From the human T2T-CHM13v2.0 reference genome, Homo sapiens, in NCBI RefSeq assembly GCF_009914755.1, contig NC_060933.1: DNA of 64,000 bases. One strand, 5' to 3'. Under the pieces are notes generated by a model that did not search any database, had not been told where the DNA came from, and saw only the letters and a list, made by a program, of their open reading frames with translations. This document shows positions 45,561 to 59,129 of this stretch, one piece after another (the first letter of the stretch is position 1; every line of letters begins with the position of its first letter). Both the position numbers and the translations under genes were made by a program.

Positions 45561-47404
45561 GAATATACAAAGGACACCTGTGTGCCATTTACCAAATTTA
45601 TCTATTGTGAACACTTTGCCCCATCTGCTTATAATCTGCTTTCTCACCCTCTCCACCTCCTTTTCCCTTCCTATCGATCAATCAATCTAGCCAAACAGTA
45701 TTTTTTTCCTGAACCATTTGAGAGCGAATTGTAAACCCTGTGGTCCTTTACCTCTAAATACTTCAGTGCATGTTTCCTAAAAATAAGGATATCCTCTTAC
45801 ATGGCCACAGTGGAGTTCTCTACTTGCATAAATTAAACTACTTTACACTATTGCCCACAATCCAATTCTGTCAACTGACCCAGCAATGTCCTTCACAGCA
45901 TTTTCTCCCCTACAGAACAGGAATCAGTCTAGGCTCAGCTTTCACATCTGGCAGTCACAACTCTTTAGCCTCCTTTAATCTGAAACATTTTCACAGCCCT
46001 TATGTTTTATGATACCAGCAGTCTTGGAGACTACAGCCTTTCTCTCTTTTAAACAGTAGTATCTTCCTGTTCCTCATTTAAAGTTTCTCTGATGTTTCCT
46101 TGTGATTCGAGTCAGGTTAGACGACTACAGAACAGACAGTGTCCTCCTAAGGGCATTTATATCCAGAGGCACAGATGTTCATCTCCTTCCACCTGTGATG
46201 TTAATTTTGGTCACCTGGTCAAGGTGTTGTCCTATTTCTCCACTGCATAGTTACTGTATTTGTCTTGCAACTAATAAGAAGTCTCCGGTGAGATAGTGTA
46301 AGATAGGTAAACATCATGTTCCTCACCCAAAGTACCCCTAGATTTAGCACCTAGGGTGGTACTGCCTGACTCATTATTTACAATGACGCTGAAACTGAGC
46401 TTCCAACCTCAGCACTCCTTCCATTCCTGCCAATCTGTCTCCGGCATTCTACTAAAGCAAAAGTCTTCCATCTCCCTCATTTAGCTATCTAGTTATTTCT
46501 TTATCATCCATATGCACTCAAGGATTCCTATTACTTTCTATGGCCCGTAATACTCCACTGTTCTTAATTATTTTGTTGCTCAAATTGTCCCAAATTTGAC
46601 CTGGGGAACTTTTAAATTTCTCACAATTTATCCCATCTCAGAAAATTCTAATACCTAGAACTAGCTTATTATGAGAATTCTGTTTTGTCAAGGAATCTTA
46701 GAAGGCTAAGGAATAGCTAAACTTCAGCAATAAGACTAAATTATTTTTCTAATTCTTTTTCATTCCAAAATGGACTTTATTAAAATGAGGATATTGGGGG
46801 TCTGCTTGATTTGCCATTGTCTAAAGCTGAGTTTCATTACTAAATCTTAATTGATCTGTTTACTCTTTGCTCTAAATGCTTGGAGGGGAGCCCAAAGGGC
46901 CATCAGTATTTGTATGACAATAATAGCGTACATGGCTAAAACACAATCTCTTAAAATCATTTCTCATTAAGAGAGAGGGAGAGAAATCTATAGTGACATC
47001 TGACAAAGCTGAATGGTCAATCTGAAAATAAAGAACTGCCAAAATTAAGAAAGCTGAGAAACAGCTAGAGACAACAGAACAGGTCAATCGTAACAGAGTT
47101 ACGGAAGAGATGATTGTCTCCAATTGCCACAGTTGAAATGGAATGCTTTGTGGTCTTTAACAAAGAGATAAGAGTTCATTAGGCATGTCACATGTCCCTC
47201 TGTCTTAAAATGTCAGAGCCTAATCTATTGCCATGTGGTACTCGCTTCCCGGAGCTTACAGACCTGAAGTACCCTCTTGGACTGGACTTGCATATATCAA
47301 ACAGGGGCACCTTCATTTAAGTTAAAATGTAAGCTCCTCTGCCATAAACTGTAAAGGGAGGTAAAGACAAGAAAACCTTTAGGGAAAAAAAAATGATTCT
47401 TTCT

Positions 47405-47688
<284 letters not shown>

Positions 47689-47880
47689 CTAGTACTTTTC
47701 CTTTGTAAATTTCAAATATAATTAGCTATACAATTAAGCTTGTGGAACCCGACACCTTAATAAAGTCATTTCTACCATTTGTGAAATCAAACTACATTTT
47801 GATAGATTGCCAGATGAAAAAGCATACCAAGAATCTCAATGTTTTCTATCAAAGTTGTGAGAAATACCAATACATCCATA

Positions 47881-48634
47881 TGATATGGACAGGAGACAGG
47901 GAAATACTGGATAGAAGAGAGCAGTTCCCCAGCAAAGGCCCCATTCTCAGGCCTGGAAACCCGCAGCCCTAAATGAGAATGGGCATTCCTGGTTTTGCAC
48001 CCAAAAGTTATCTTTCGGCCCACCACATCCCCTATCCTGTACCCATATAAACGCGAAAACCCCGGCTCCACAAGGAAATGAACAGAAGAGCAGAAGAATG
48101 GCAGAATGGCACAGCAAAGAGAAGAGAAGGAGTATCTGAATGTCGTCGAGAGGAGTTCAGCTGGGGATGGTTGGAGAGGAGATTGGCTGCTGGACAACCA
48201 CACTCCAGGGGAAGATCATCTTCCCACTCCATCCCCCTTCCAGCTCCCCATTCATCCCACTGAGAGCCACCTCCACCATTCAATAAAGCCCCCACATTCA
48301 TCCTTCAAGTCCATGTGCAACCTGATTCTTCCTGGACACTGGACAAGGGCCTGGGTACCAAGAGGACACTATGCTGGTTAACACTTAAGCCATCCACGGA
48401 TGGCAAGGTTAAAAGAGCGCACTGTAACACAACACATGCCACTTGGGCTTTGGGAGTCACAGACACCCACCCCTGGATGCTGCCGTGAGGCCGGAGCCCA
48501 GGGGCACTTGCCCCAGCTTCTGCACCTGCCCATCTTTGTGCTCCCCCACCCATAAGGGGTTTGAGCATGCATGGCAGCCGAACAGACAAGCCACACCCAG
48601 TCACACATCCCATGAGGGGAGTCAGGGAACTCTC
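47881..48634 (+). mobile_element. ERV1 solo LTR (LTR27/LTR1/MER52 group)
   Basis: tgatatggacaggagacagggaaatactgg start; internal TATA-like catataaa and aataaa. Confidence 0.8.
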
Positions 48635-49003
48635 ATAGGCTATTATTACTAAATAAGCAAGTTGTTAGAAATGTGAACACCCCAGACCTCTAGGAGCACT
48701 TAATTACACGCTTTTAAAGTATAATTATCCTTATTTTTGTGAATGTTCCTTATCTACCCCAGGTAGCAAGTTGCATACATTATATCATTTAGCCCCACTG
48801 TATAAGTGAGGAAACTGTGGCTCAAAGTGCCTTGCCCTTGGTTACCTGGCTTCAGCCAGTCCTCCAAAAGGACATTTACCAGTGTCGGTATTTTAAAATA
48901 AAAACAAAACCTTTCCTCCCAAAAATAAAATGACTATCAGTAAATGAATATTTAATACCAAAATGTTCAATATGGCTAGTTGCAGTATTTTAAATAATCT
49001 TAT

Positions 49004-49602
49004 TATGATTCTTTCCTGCTCTGTAAAACTCTAGTCATATGAAGGTACTTACAAAAAGTAAACTTTATACACAAATGCTAATTAAATTAATGGATGCAAA
49101 TAAGTATTTAAAGTATGCCAGGCACTGAGGCACCAGAGCTGCACACAGCCACTATGAGGCAGACATTAGAATCCCCATTTGCTTGGTCAGGAGACTGAAG
49201 CTCACAGAGAGGTTAAGTTACTTGCTCAAAGGCACAATGCCGGCAAATGGCAGAACTCCATGTGTCTGCTACCTTGCAAGCCTACCTATATTCTTTCCTC
49301 TCTCGCACATGTCTTGCTAGGAACAGATACCACAAATCTGAAATTCAGGTATGCCGGGAAAGAGGCTGATTTTTTTTTATTCTTTGTCCTACTTGAGACT
49401 TTGGATCCAGTGATATTTCCTTTTGTTCACTCGTAATGGCTTAGAAATGCAACTGTTTTGCATACTTCCAGCAGGAACCTAAACATGTTGGACAAATAGC
49501 AGCTGCCTTAAGGAATGAATAGAAAATCAGGAAAAGTCATCATCCATATGAACTACATATCATCTGCTTTCTTGCAAGTGGAACAAATTATTCATGTGGG
49601 CA
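49004..49602 (+). repeat. Left arm of local inverted duplication (includes a MIR fragment)
   Basis: Reverse-complement match to 50841-51819 (excluding THE1); perfect blocks of 35-48 bp. Confidence 0.95.
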
Positions 49603-49956
49603 GGAGTAATTCATACAGCCCTTGACCCCCCTGATGATGTCCAGTGTGAGAGCCAAAGCCAAACACTGACCCAAAAGCACCCGTGCTCTCCCGGTCTTGA
49701 TTTGTGACGCCTAACACTTGTGCTTTATCCTAATCATATATAATGACTGCTCATTTTTATTTCTGTCTGGGAAACTTTACTTTCTCCTGGTGATTTTTAA
49801 TTTTTTAATTATTTTAAGTATTACAAGTGTACTAAAGTGAGAAAAAAATGGTTAGAGAAATCCTTATAGGATGATAGAAATGTTCTTAAATTGGATTGTG
49901 GTGATGGCTATGCAACTCTGTAAATTTACTAAAAATCCACTGACTTGAACACTTAC

Positions 49957-50645
49957 ATTAAAGGAAAATAAAATCTCGGGACCTAAACTCATCATGCCAA
50001 AGAGAAAATTTAAGCTTGGGAACTGAGTCACACAAAAACTTCCTCCCTTCTGTTCCTAAACAGATAGCTGCAATGATAGAAGGCCACCTATCTCCCCAGG
50101 TGGTCTCCTTCACAAATTGCTCACAAGGAAATGCCTTGTGGGCCCCAGAATCTTTACCATAAAACAGAGTTCTGTTCAATCTCACCCTGAAAATATAACT
50201 TAACAACTTATCTTCACAGGTATGGGACAAAGACAAGACTAGAAGTCATCCTACCATCCACCCAGAGACAAATGCACGTTTGACGTCTTCCTCTACTCTA
50301 TGTTTACTTTGTTTTACGTAAAATGCAGATTTAAAATGCAGAATGCATAACTGACTGTTCCTCTACTCCCTCCTTTCACATGTAACATGTGGATCCAGTG
50401 AACGCTAATCAAAGCCTCACAAGAATGTGACCCCTTACCTCACTGCATATCTACCTCTTTTTTTTCTTTCCTGCTTTCCCCTTCTGCCACTCTCCCCTTT
50501 AAATGTTGAACTCCTCAAAATCGTCTTTGGAAAATGCACAGGGCACAGATCCTACTGCAACTGTGTCTCCTTCCCAGGCGTATCCTCTATCTTGGCAAAA
50601 TAAACCTCTAAATTGAGATCTGTCTCAGACATTTTTTGGGTTATA
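49957..50645 (+). mobile_element. ERV1 solo LTR (MER4D/E-like) inserted in an L1M 3' fragment
   Basis: aaaggaaaataaaatctcgggacc...ggcaaaataaacctctaaattgag...ttttgggtt. Confidence 0.8.
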
Positions 50646-50840
50646 CGTAAAAGGAGTAATGCAAAGCACACCTTAATAAAGCTGGGCGTGTTTAAGTGTA
50701 TTGAGATAATGCTAATGGATTACCGAGGTAAAGTCTCCCTCCTGAGAGGATAAAACTCTCACATTGTTAGACAGCATTAAAGGAATTCCTTTGCTGCTTT
50801 CTATGGTGAAGAAGGGCCACCCTCTCTTGTGGAAACACAT

Positions 50841-51819
50841 TGTCCACATGAATAATTTGTTCCATTTGTGATATGGTTTGGCTGTGTCCCCACCCAAATC
50901 TCATCTTGAATTGTATCTCCCACAACTCCCATGCGTTGTGGGAGGGACCCAGTGGGAGGGAATTGAATCACCAGGGCAAGTCTTTTCTGTGCTATTCTCG
51001 TGATGGTGAATAAGTCTCATGAGATCTGATGGTTTTAAAAATGGAAGTTTCCCTGTACAAGCTCTCTCTTTGCCTGCTGCCATGCACGTGAGACGTGACT
51101 TGCTCCTCCTTGCCATCTGCGATGATGGTGAGGCCTCCCCAGCCACAGTGAACTGTAAGTCCATTAAACCTCTTTCTTTCATAAATTGCCCAGTCTCAGG
51201 TATGTCTTTATCAGCAGCATGAGAACGGATTAATACAATTTGCAAGAAAGCAGATGATATGTAGAGTTCATATGGATGATGACTTTTCCTGATTTTCTAT
51301 TCATTCCTTAAGACAGCTGCTATTTATCCAACATGTTTAAGTTCCTGCTAGAAGGATGCACAAACAGTTGCACTTTTAAGCCATTACCAGTTGAACAAAA
51401 GGGACCGTCACTGGATCCAAAGTCTCAAGTAGGACAAAGAATTAAAAAAAAAAATCAGCCTCTTCCCTGACACACCTGAATTTCAGATTTGTGGTATCTG
51501 TTCCTAGCAAGGCATGCGGGAAAGAGGAAAGAACATGGGCAAGCTTGCAAGGCAGCAGACACAGTGGAGTTCTGCCACTTGCTGCCAATGTGCCTTTGAT
51601 CAAGTAACTTAACCTCTCTGTGAGCTTCAGTCTCCTGATCAATCAAATGGGAATTCTAATGCCTGCTTCACAGTTGCTGAGTGCAGCCTGGTGCCTCAGT
51701 GCCTGGCACCCTTTAAATCCTTATTCGTGGCCATTAACTTAATTAGCAAATATGTGTAAAGTTTACTTTTTGTAAGTACATTCATAAGGCTAGAATTTTA
51801 CAGACAGGAAAGAATCATA
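50841..51819 (-). repeat. Right arm of local inverted duplication, interrupted by THE1 LTR
   Basis: Arm homology continues on both sides of THE1 (tggaacaaattattcatgtgg at 50844-50864 on the minus strand). Confidence 0.95.
50869..51237 (+). mobile_element. THE1 (A/B-like) solo LTR
   Basis: tgatatggtttggctgtgtcccc...taataca; perfect 5-bp TSD atttg. Confidence 0.95.
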
Positions 51820-51935
51820 GTTAATGCCCACATCCCATTCCTGTTGGATGCCACAGCATGTATGCCAAAGAAGGAATAGTTCTTCTCAAGGCAGCCAGGA
51901 ATGCTAAATACAGACAAAAGCCGTGTAACTACAAC

Positions 51936-53050
51936 AGGTCAATGATGGACCACATACACCACGGTGGTCCCATAAGATTGGAGTGGAGCTAAAAAGTTCC
52001 TGTCGCCTAGTCACAGCCGTTATAACACACAGTGCAATGAGTTACCTACATATTTGTGGTGATGCCGGTATAAACAAACCTACTGCACCAACAGTTATAT
52101 AAAAGTATAGCACATACAATTACGTATAGTACAGAACAATAAAAACAACTGTTACTGGTTTATGTATTTATTATACTGTACTATTAATCGTGATTTTAGA
52201 GGGTACCCTTCTCCTTCTACCTATTAAAAAAAGAAGAGTTAACTCTAAAACAGCCTCAGGCAGGTCCTTCAGGAGGTATTTCAGAAGACGGCATTGTTGT
52301 CATAGGAGATGACAGCTCCAGCCATGTTACTGCCCCTGAAGACAGTGACATTGGTGATCCTTACCCTATGTAGGCCCAGGCTAATCTGTGTGTTTATGTC
52401 TTAGTTCTTAAAAAAAGTTTACAAGTAAGAGTAAAAAACTTTTAAAATAGAAAAAAGCTTGAATAAGGATATAAAGAAAATATTTTGTATAGCTGTACAG
52501 TGTGTTTGTGTTTTAAGCTAAGTGTTATTGTAAAAGTGCCAAAAAGTTTTAAAGAATTTAAAAGTTCATAAAGCAAAAAAGTTCCATTAATCAAAGGTTT
52601 ATTATTAAAGAAAAAACATAAATGTGGTGCAGCTTAAGTGTACAGTGTTCATAAAGTCTATACTAATGTGTAATAATGTCCTAGGCCTTCACATTCACTC
52701 ACCACTCACTCACTGACTCACCCAGAGCAACTTCCAGTCCTGCAAGCTCCATTCATGGTAAGTGCCCTATACAGGTGTACTGTTTTTTATATTGTATACC
52801 ACATTTTACTGTACCTTTTCTATGTTTAGATACACAAATACCATTGTGTTATAATGGCCTACAGTATTCAGTACAGTAACATGTTGTACAGGCTTGTAAC
52901 CTGGGAGCAATAGGCCATGCCAGAGAGCCTAGGTATGTAGTAGGGTGTACCATCTAGGATTGTGTAAGTGCACTATGATGCTGGCACAATGATGACATTG
53001 CCTCATAACACATTTCTCAGAGAGCATATACTCATGTAATGACATATAAC
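51936..53050 (+). mobile_element. Tigger3b-like DNA transposon
   Basis: ggtggtcccataagatt...ccttcacattcactcaccactcactcactgactcacccagagc...catttctcaga. Confidence 0.85.
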
Positions 53051-53390
53051 TAGTTGCTGAGCACCTGGAGGTGGGGTGGTACCTGAGGGAGGTCTGAAAT
53101 GATTCAAAAGAATTGTCCAGGTGAGGGAACAGTGTATGAAAAAGTTGGGAAGAAATGACCACCTTTTAGGAAATTGGGCATGAGAAAAGAAACCACAAGC
53201 ACATCAGAACGGCTGATGTTAAAAGTCCATGTTAGGAATGCAAGATCCTAGGACCTTCTGAGCAAGAATCGCTGGTGGTGAGACACAGGGATGTGCATTG
53301 TAACAGGCCACCTGTACCCCAGCCAGGTGATTTCTATGCACACTAAAATATGAGAACCACTTAGGAAGATGCTAAGAAAGGCCTTACATG

Positions 53391-53780
53391 TGTTAAATCA
53401 AGTTTAGCCTAAAGCTGCCTCCTTACATATTTTAAGTTTGGCCTAAAGGTTTCTCTGTACATCGTGAGCTACAAGTGGAGGTGTAAACAGACCTTACCTA
53501 CACTTGTGCCAATCACCGAGTTTTGGTCCATCAAATGTAGCCAACGGTTGGAACCGTGTTCAAATAAAGCAAACTGTGGGCTGTAACCAATCCAGCTGTC
53601 TCTGTACCTCACTTCCGTTTTCTGCACGTCACTTTCCTTTCTTTGTCCATAAATCTTCTTCCACCACATGGCTGCACTGCAGTCTCCGAGCCTGCTCTGG
53701 CTCCAGAGATCGACTGATTCACGAATCTTTCATTGCTCAATTGAACTCCTTTAAATTTAATTCTGCTGAAGTTTTTATCA
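53391..53780 (+). mobile_element. ERV1 solo LTR (MER57-like)
   Basis: tgttaaatcaagtttagcctaaagctgcctcc...ttgctcaattgaactc...ca. Confidence 0.85.
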
Positions 53781-54870
53781 TATGTCATGCTAAGGTATTT
53801 GCATGTTACTTTAAAGGCAATGAGAAGCTGTGCACAGATTTTAAGAGGCAAGGCGAAAATGGACTTGCATTTTAGAAAGAGCAGTCTATTGTCAGCTGCT
53901 AACAGCTGGAAAAAAAAAAGCAGTCTAGCGCAGTACACTGCTTTAGGGCACAGCAAGAACCCTAGAGTCCCTCCAGGGCTCAGGAATGCTTGCACACTCT
54001 TACTTCCTTTACCTTTTAGCCTCTTACGTTCAGTAACTGAACACAAACATACCTTTTACAGGCCATAGTCTCCTACCAACATCTAGGTGCTACCTGAAAA
54101 CCCTGTAAGAACTTTATGACATTGACCAAAATGTTTGGAGAAAACAAAGGTTACAACACCATTTATGTGTCAGCGACCAAATGCTGTTTCCAAAATATTG
54201 CTGGCATTATCACCTCCCTTGCTGACAAATATTAACACTTTTCAGTTTTAGATAGAGCTGGAACAGATGGCCCTTTGAGCCCCTGTTTACTACTCTCTTT
54301 TGTGTGAAGTGGTTTCCCCTCCCACTCAGGAAAGGAAAGGAAAGGTGGGAGGATGTAAACTTGAAGAATTTCCCAGCTGGAGTCCTGGGTATTAGCCTGA
54401 GAGGTGACTTATTTATCCTACAGGACTCCATCACAGAGGAAGGTTTTTCTGCAAGACTCTGGCTGGGCCAATCTTTACACAATGCCTGTGAGCAGCCACA
54501 GAGTGCAGCCTTGACAATGCCACAAGCCAACTTCTGGGCCCCCCACGATAAGCGCTGCATAGGCCTCCCTGAACCCTCACAACAGGTTCTATTATCGCCA
54601 TTTCTCTGGTGAATATGGAATAGATAGATTGAGTTAACTTATCCCAGGTTATACATGGAGGAGCAGGGATTCAAGCCCACGTCCAACTGACTCCAGAACT
54701 TACAACCAAACCAATTAATGGGATGTGTCAAGTAATTTTCTATTTTTCCTATTTTTTGATGCTTACATGCACATGAAGGAAACAAGCACATTTAATTCAT
54801 AAGGCTTACAATACATTACAAACAAACTTAAACACCCCAGAAGGTCAGAAGTTTGCTGACCACCTAGTAC

Positions 54871-55078
54871 CAGGGTCAGCAAACTTCCTCCATAAAAGGC
54901 ATATAAATATTTAGGCTGTGTGAGCCACACATCTGTTTCCCAACTGTACCACAGTAGGGCAAAAGTAGCCATAGGCAACACCTAAACAAATGGGTATGGC
55001 TGTGCTCCAATTAAACTTTATTTACAAAAATAGGCAGGAGGTGGGCAGGCTGCATTTAACCTCTTAGTCAAGTTTGAG
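54871..55078 (+). mobile_element. MER58A-like hAT MITE
   Basis: cagggtcagcaaact...ggctgtgctccaattaaactttatttacaaaa. Confidence 0.8.
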
Positions 55079-56195
55079 AAGTTTGTGGCTGCTTGACCTA
55101 GTGTAAAGGGCAAAGGGTTTAGAGTTAGGGAATCTAGCTTCTAACCCTGATTCTGTGCCTAAGCCAGCTGAGTGACCTTGGGCCAATCACTTCCCTTCTG
55201 TTTCTTCTGTAGAATTCTCTTTTCAATTGACTGCAAAAATAAGGTAAAAATATATTTCAACATACTGAAATGTTAGCTGCAGATTCTTCATTAAATCCAT
55301 AGATAATGAACCAGTAGCAGCAAGACTTTAAAAGCATAAAGAGAAAGTAAATTTGCATTTTAGTAGTACCTTCTATGTGTCAGGTGCTTTATAAAATATA
55401 ATCTGACTTCATCCTTCATAAATGAAGAATGTCAGAAGTGAAATCACATGTTCAAAGTCAGAGAGGAAATGGGAAGCCAGAATCTAAGCCCAGCTGGCCA
55501 CTCTCTCAGAAACTCAGTGCTGCTCTGCACATGGAGGACCTGGTATGGGTCAATGAGCCCTTGATTGATGATTCTGCACAGGGGGTGACATATGAGTACT
55601 TTTGGGGGAGGATTTTGGAGTCAGGCCTCACTTCCCCCTCTTGAGGACTCTCCCTCTCTGTCCTCATCTGTCTTGTCTACCTCCTCTCAAAAAGATAATA
55701 CTCCATTTGGTCTGAAAAACAATGTGAGAATCTGAGGTTTGTTTCCTTTGGTTCTGAGTGTAAGGACTGTGACTCATGGTTGTCCAGAATGCCAGGACAA
55801 AGTGGTCTGAGAAAGCAGGGAGGGAAAAAAGGAGGACCAAGCATTTCCTCAAAGAAGCTGTGACTGGTCCTGCTGCCCACACGAGCACCGTGGCTCAAGT
55901 TGGTTTTCTATCTCAGAACTTAGTCCGAAGGTAAAAGTCTATGTGATGAAATATAAACCTGTGAAATTACCCAAGTGCCTCTGACCTTGTCTGTCTCCTT
56001 AACCACCCACTGCATTTCAGTTTACAGGCATCCGTTTAAAACTGTACCTTAGAAATGGGGTTGGGAAAGGGAAAGTGAAACCAAACAAATGGAAATCATT
56101 ATTGTTGCTTCCTTTACCCCAAAAGAAGAAGAAAAGCAAAAATATTCCCCAAATACAGAAGGGTGCATGTGTGTCTCCACTGTCAAAAAAAGCAA

Positions 56196-56490
<295 letters not shown>

Positions 56491-56515
56491 AAAAGCAAAT
56501 TTTTTTAAAAGGCAG

Positions 56516-56714
56516 GGCCAGGCATGGTGGCTTATGCCTGCAGTCTCAGCACTTTGAGAGGCCAAGGCTGGGGGATCATGCGAGCCAAGAGGATCCCTTG
56601 AGCCCAGGGGGTCAAGTCTGCAGTAAGCCATGATCACACCACTCTAATCTAGCCTGTGTGACAGAGCAAGACCCTGTCTCTTTAAGAAAAAAGAAAAGAA
56701 AAGAAAAAAGAAAA
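56516..56714 (+). mobile_element. AluJ with internal deletion, (GAAAA)n tail
   Basis: Left-arm start joined to right-arm end. Confidence 0.8.
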
Positions 56715-57559
56715 GGCAAACTCGGTAGCTAAGCATTCAAGGCCAGATTCTGATCAATCTGGCTGGAACACACTCACAGCAGCTCTCCTGCATTAATCAC
56801 TTAAAGGGGGCATATACTGTGCTCCAACCACATGGCCTCCAGCCTACTTCACCACGCCTGAGGAGCGCAGTTCCCCTGCTGTTCCCTCTGCCTGAAGGAA
56901 TGAGGGGTGATCTCCTCCCTTGCTGCCTGCTGAAATTCCACCTCATGAAGCCCAGGTCGAATGTCACCTTCTAGAAGACACATGTCAAAAACTCAAAGGA
57001 ACTTTTACAGACAGATCATCAGTTTCAACTCCTTCGTGTCGCCTATGAGGAAAACAAGGCTCAAAAACATTAAGGGACTTGCTCTAAGTCACATAGCTAG
57101 TCAGTAAAGACTTGGTCTGGAAACAAGTCAGCAGGTGGGGTGGGCAGCAGGCAGGAGAGAGAATGTCCAGGTGGACCACCCTGTGACAGCCCTCTTCTCC
57201 TTGGAGCACAGGACACTTGAACCCTCTCTAGACTCTACCCTGCACTCCAGGTTACAGCTGTCTGTGTCCATATTTCTAACTGTCTTTTTCAGAGGGATCC
57301 ACACCATATCTTACCCATCATGTTACCTTAATTATTAGGTACCCTTGGGTCGTCAGTGAGTCCCAATAATCATTCAACAAACAAAACAAAACACCAGCCT
57401 CCGTCACTCTGGGCTTGTCTACCTCCAATCAGCCTCCACGCCTTGCCAGGGAGCCACCTAAAATACTGCTTGCTCCCCACCGCTCCTCACTGAAACCCGC
57501 AGATGCACACCATGATCTCCACAATCTGACATGAAAGTCTCTGAACGGCCCTTCTTACC

Positions 57560-58490
57560 TGTGATGGTTAATTTTAGGTGTCAAGTTGACTGGATTAAGG
57601 GATACCCAGATAGAGAGAACAGGTAAAGATTTTATTTATGGGTATGTCTGGGAGAGTGTTTCCAGAAGAGACTGGCATTTGAATCCATGAACAGGGTAAG
57701 GAAGACCTACCCTCACCCAAAGTTTTGGGTACCATCCACTCAGCAGAGGACCCAGATAGAACAAGAAGACAGAGGAAAGCCAAATTTGCTTTTTCCCTCT
57801 TCTGGAGCTGGGAAGTCCTTTTTCTCCTTCTCTTGGACATCAGAACTCAAGGTTCTCCAGCATTCGGTCTCCAGAACTTGCACCTGTAGTCCCCCAGGTT
57901 CTGAAGCCTTCATCCTCAGACTGAGTTATACCATCAGCTTCCATGGTTTTGAGGCCTCTGTGCTTGGACTGAGCCACGCTACCAGCCTCTGCAGCTCTCC
58001 AGCTTGCAGACAGCATATGGTAGGGCTTCTCACGCTCCATAATTGTATTAGTCCATTTTCATACTGCTGTGAAGAAATACCCCAGACTGCATAATTTATA
58101 AAGAAAAAGAGGTTTAATGGACTCACATTTCCACACGGCTGGGAAAGCCTCAAAATCATGGTGAAAGATGAAGGAGGAGCAAAGGCACATCTTACATGGC
58201 AGCAGGCAAGAGAGTGTGTGCGGGGAAACTGCCCTTTATGAAAACATCAGATCCCATGAGACTTATTCACTGTCACAAGAAGAGCATGGGAAAACCCACC
58301 CCCATGATTCAATTACCTCCTACTGGGTCCCACCCATGACACGTGGGGATTATGTGAGCTACGACTCAAGATGAGATGTGGGTGGGAACACAGCCAAACC
58401 ATATCAATAATCATGTGAGACAACTCCCATAATAAATCCCCTCTCATCTATCTATATATTATGTCCCATTTCTCTGGAGAACTAACAAAG
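57560..58490 (+). mobile_element. MLT2B-like LTR interrupted by THE1
   Basis: tgtgatggttaattttaggtgtcaa...ctccataat|THE1|catgtgag...tctctggagaac. Confidence 0.85.
58044..58406 (-). mobile_element. THE1 (C/D-like) solo LTR
   Basis: tgtattagtcc...cagccaaaccatatca; TSD ataat on both sides. Confidence 0.95.
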
Positions 58491-59129
58491 TACCCTTCCA
58501 GCCTTGATTCCTGACACTCCACCTGTCCAGAGCACCACAGGATCTTCCTCACCTCTGCACCTTATCCCGCTATTCCCTCTCCTGGAAGACACTTCAAGAG
58601 CTCCCCCTTCCCCACATCACTTCTCCATGGCTAACCCCTACTCATTCTTCTTGACTCAGAATGTCTAAGAAATGGCCTCCTCCAGGAAATCATTCCTGAC
58701 TACCCTCTCTCCCAGGAGAGGTGCCCTCCTCTGTGCTCACAAAGTACCCTGGCATCCCTCCTCCACCAGGTGGTTCTCAGAACACACATGTCCCCACTCT
58801 CCACTAGACCATAACCTGAGGCAGGAGCTGCATTTGCTTGTCCAGCACCTAACACAATACTCAACACATTAAGTCAGACTGAAAATTGTCACTCACTAGT
58901 TACCTTCAGATCCAACAAACATACAATGTATCATTTCACCAAAATATTTTAAAATACGTAGGCCCTATGTATATGACAGCATAATATCAGCAGTACCAAG
59001 GGGACACATCCACAGATCACAACAAAAAGCATTTACTACACACCTAGTCTTTAAATAAAGAGCTGAAGATGCATGATGGCATTAGGAACTGCCAGGCACT
59101 CCCCACTTCAGAAGTCCCTTTAGAGAGGT

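Noticed and set aside
49179-51646. Two similar ORFs (QETEAHREVKLL...) suggesting a small gene family
   Set aside because: The similarity comes from the inverted DNA duplication and its MIR core; the frames are broken by indels
47787-54046. Overlapping long ORFs at 47787-48652 and 53504-54046
   Set aside because: Largely inside solo LTRs; no gag/pol/env motifs
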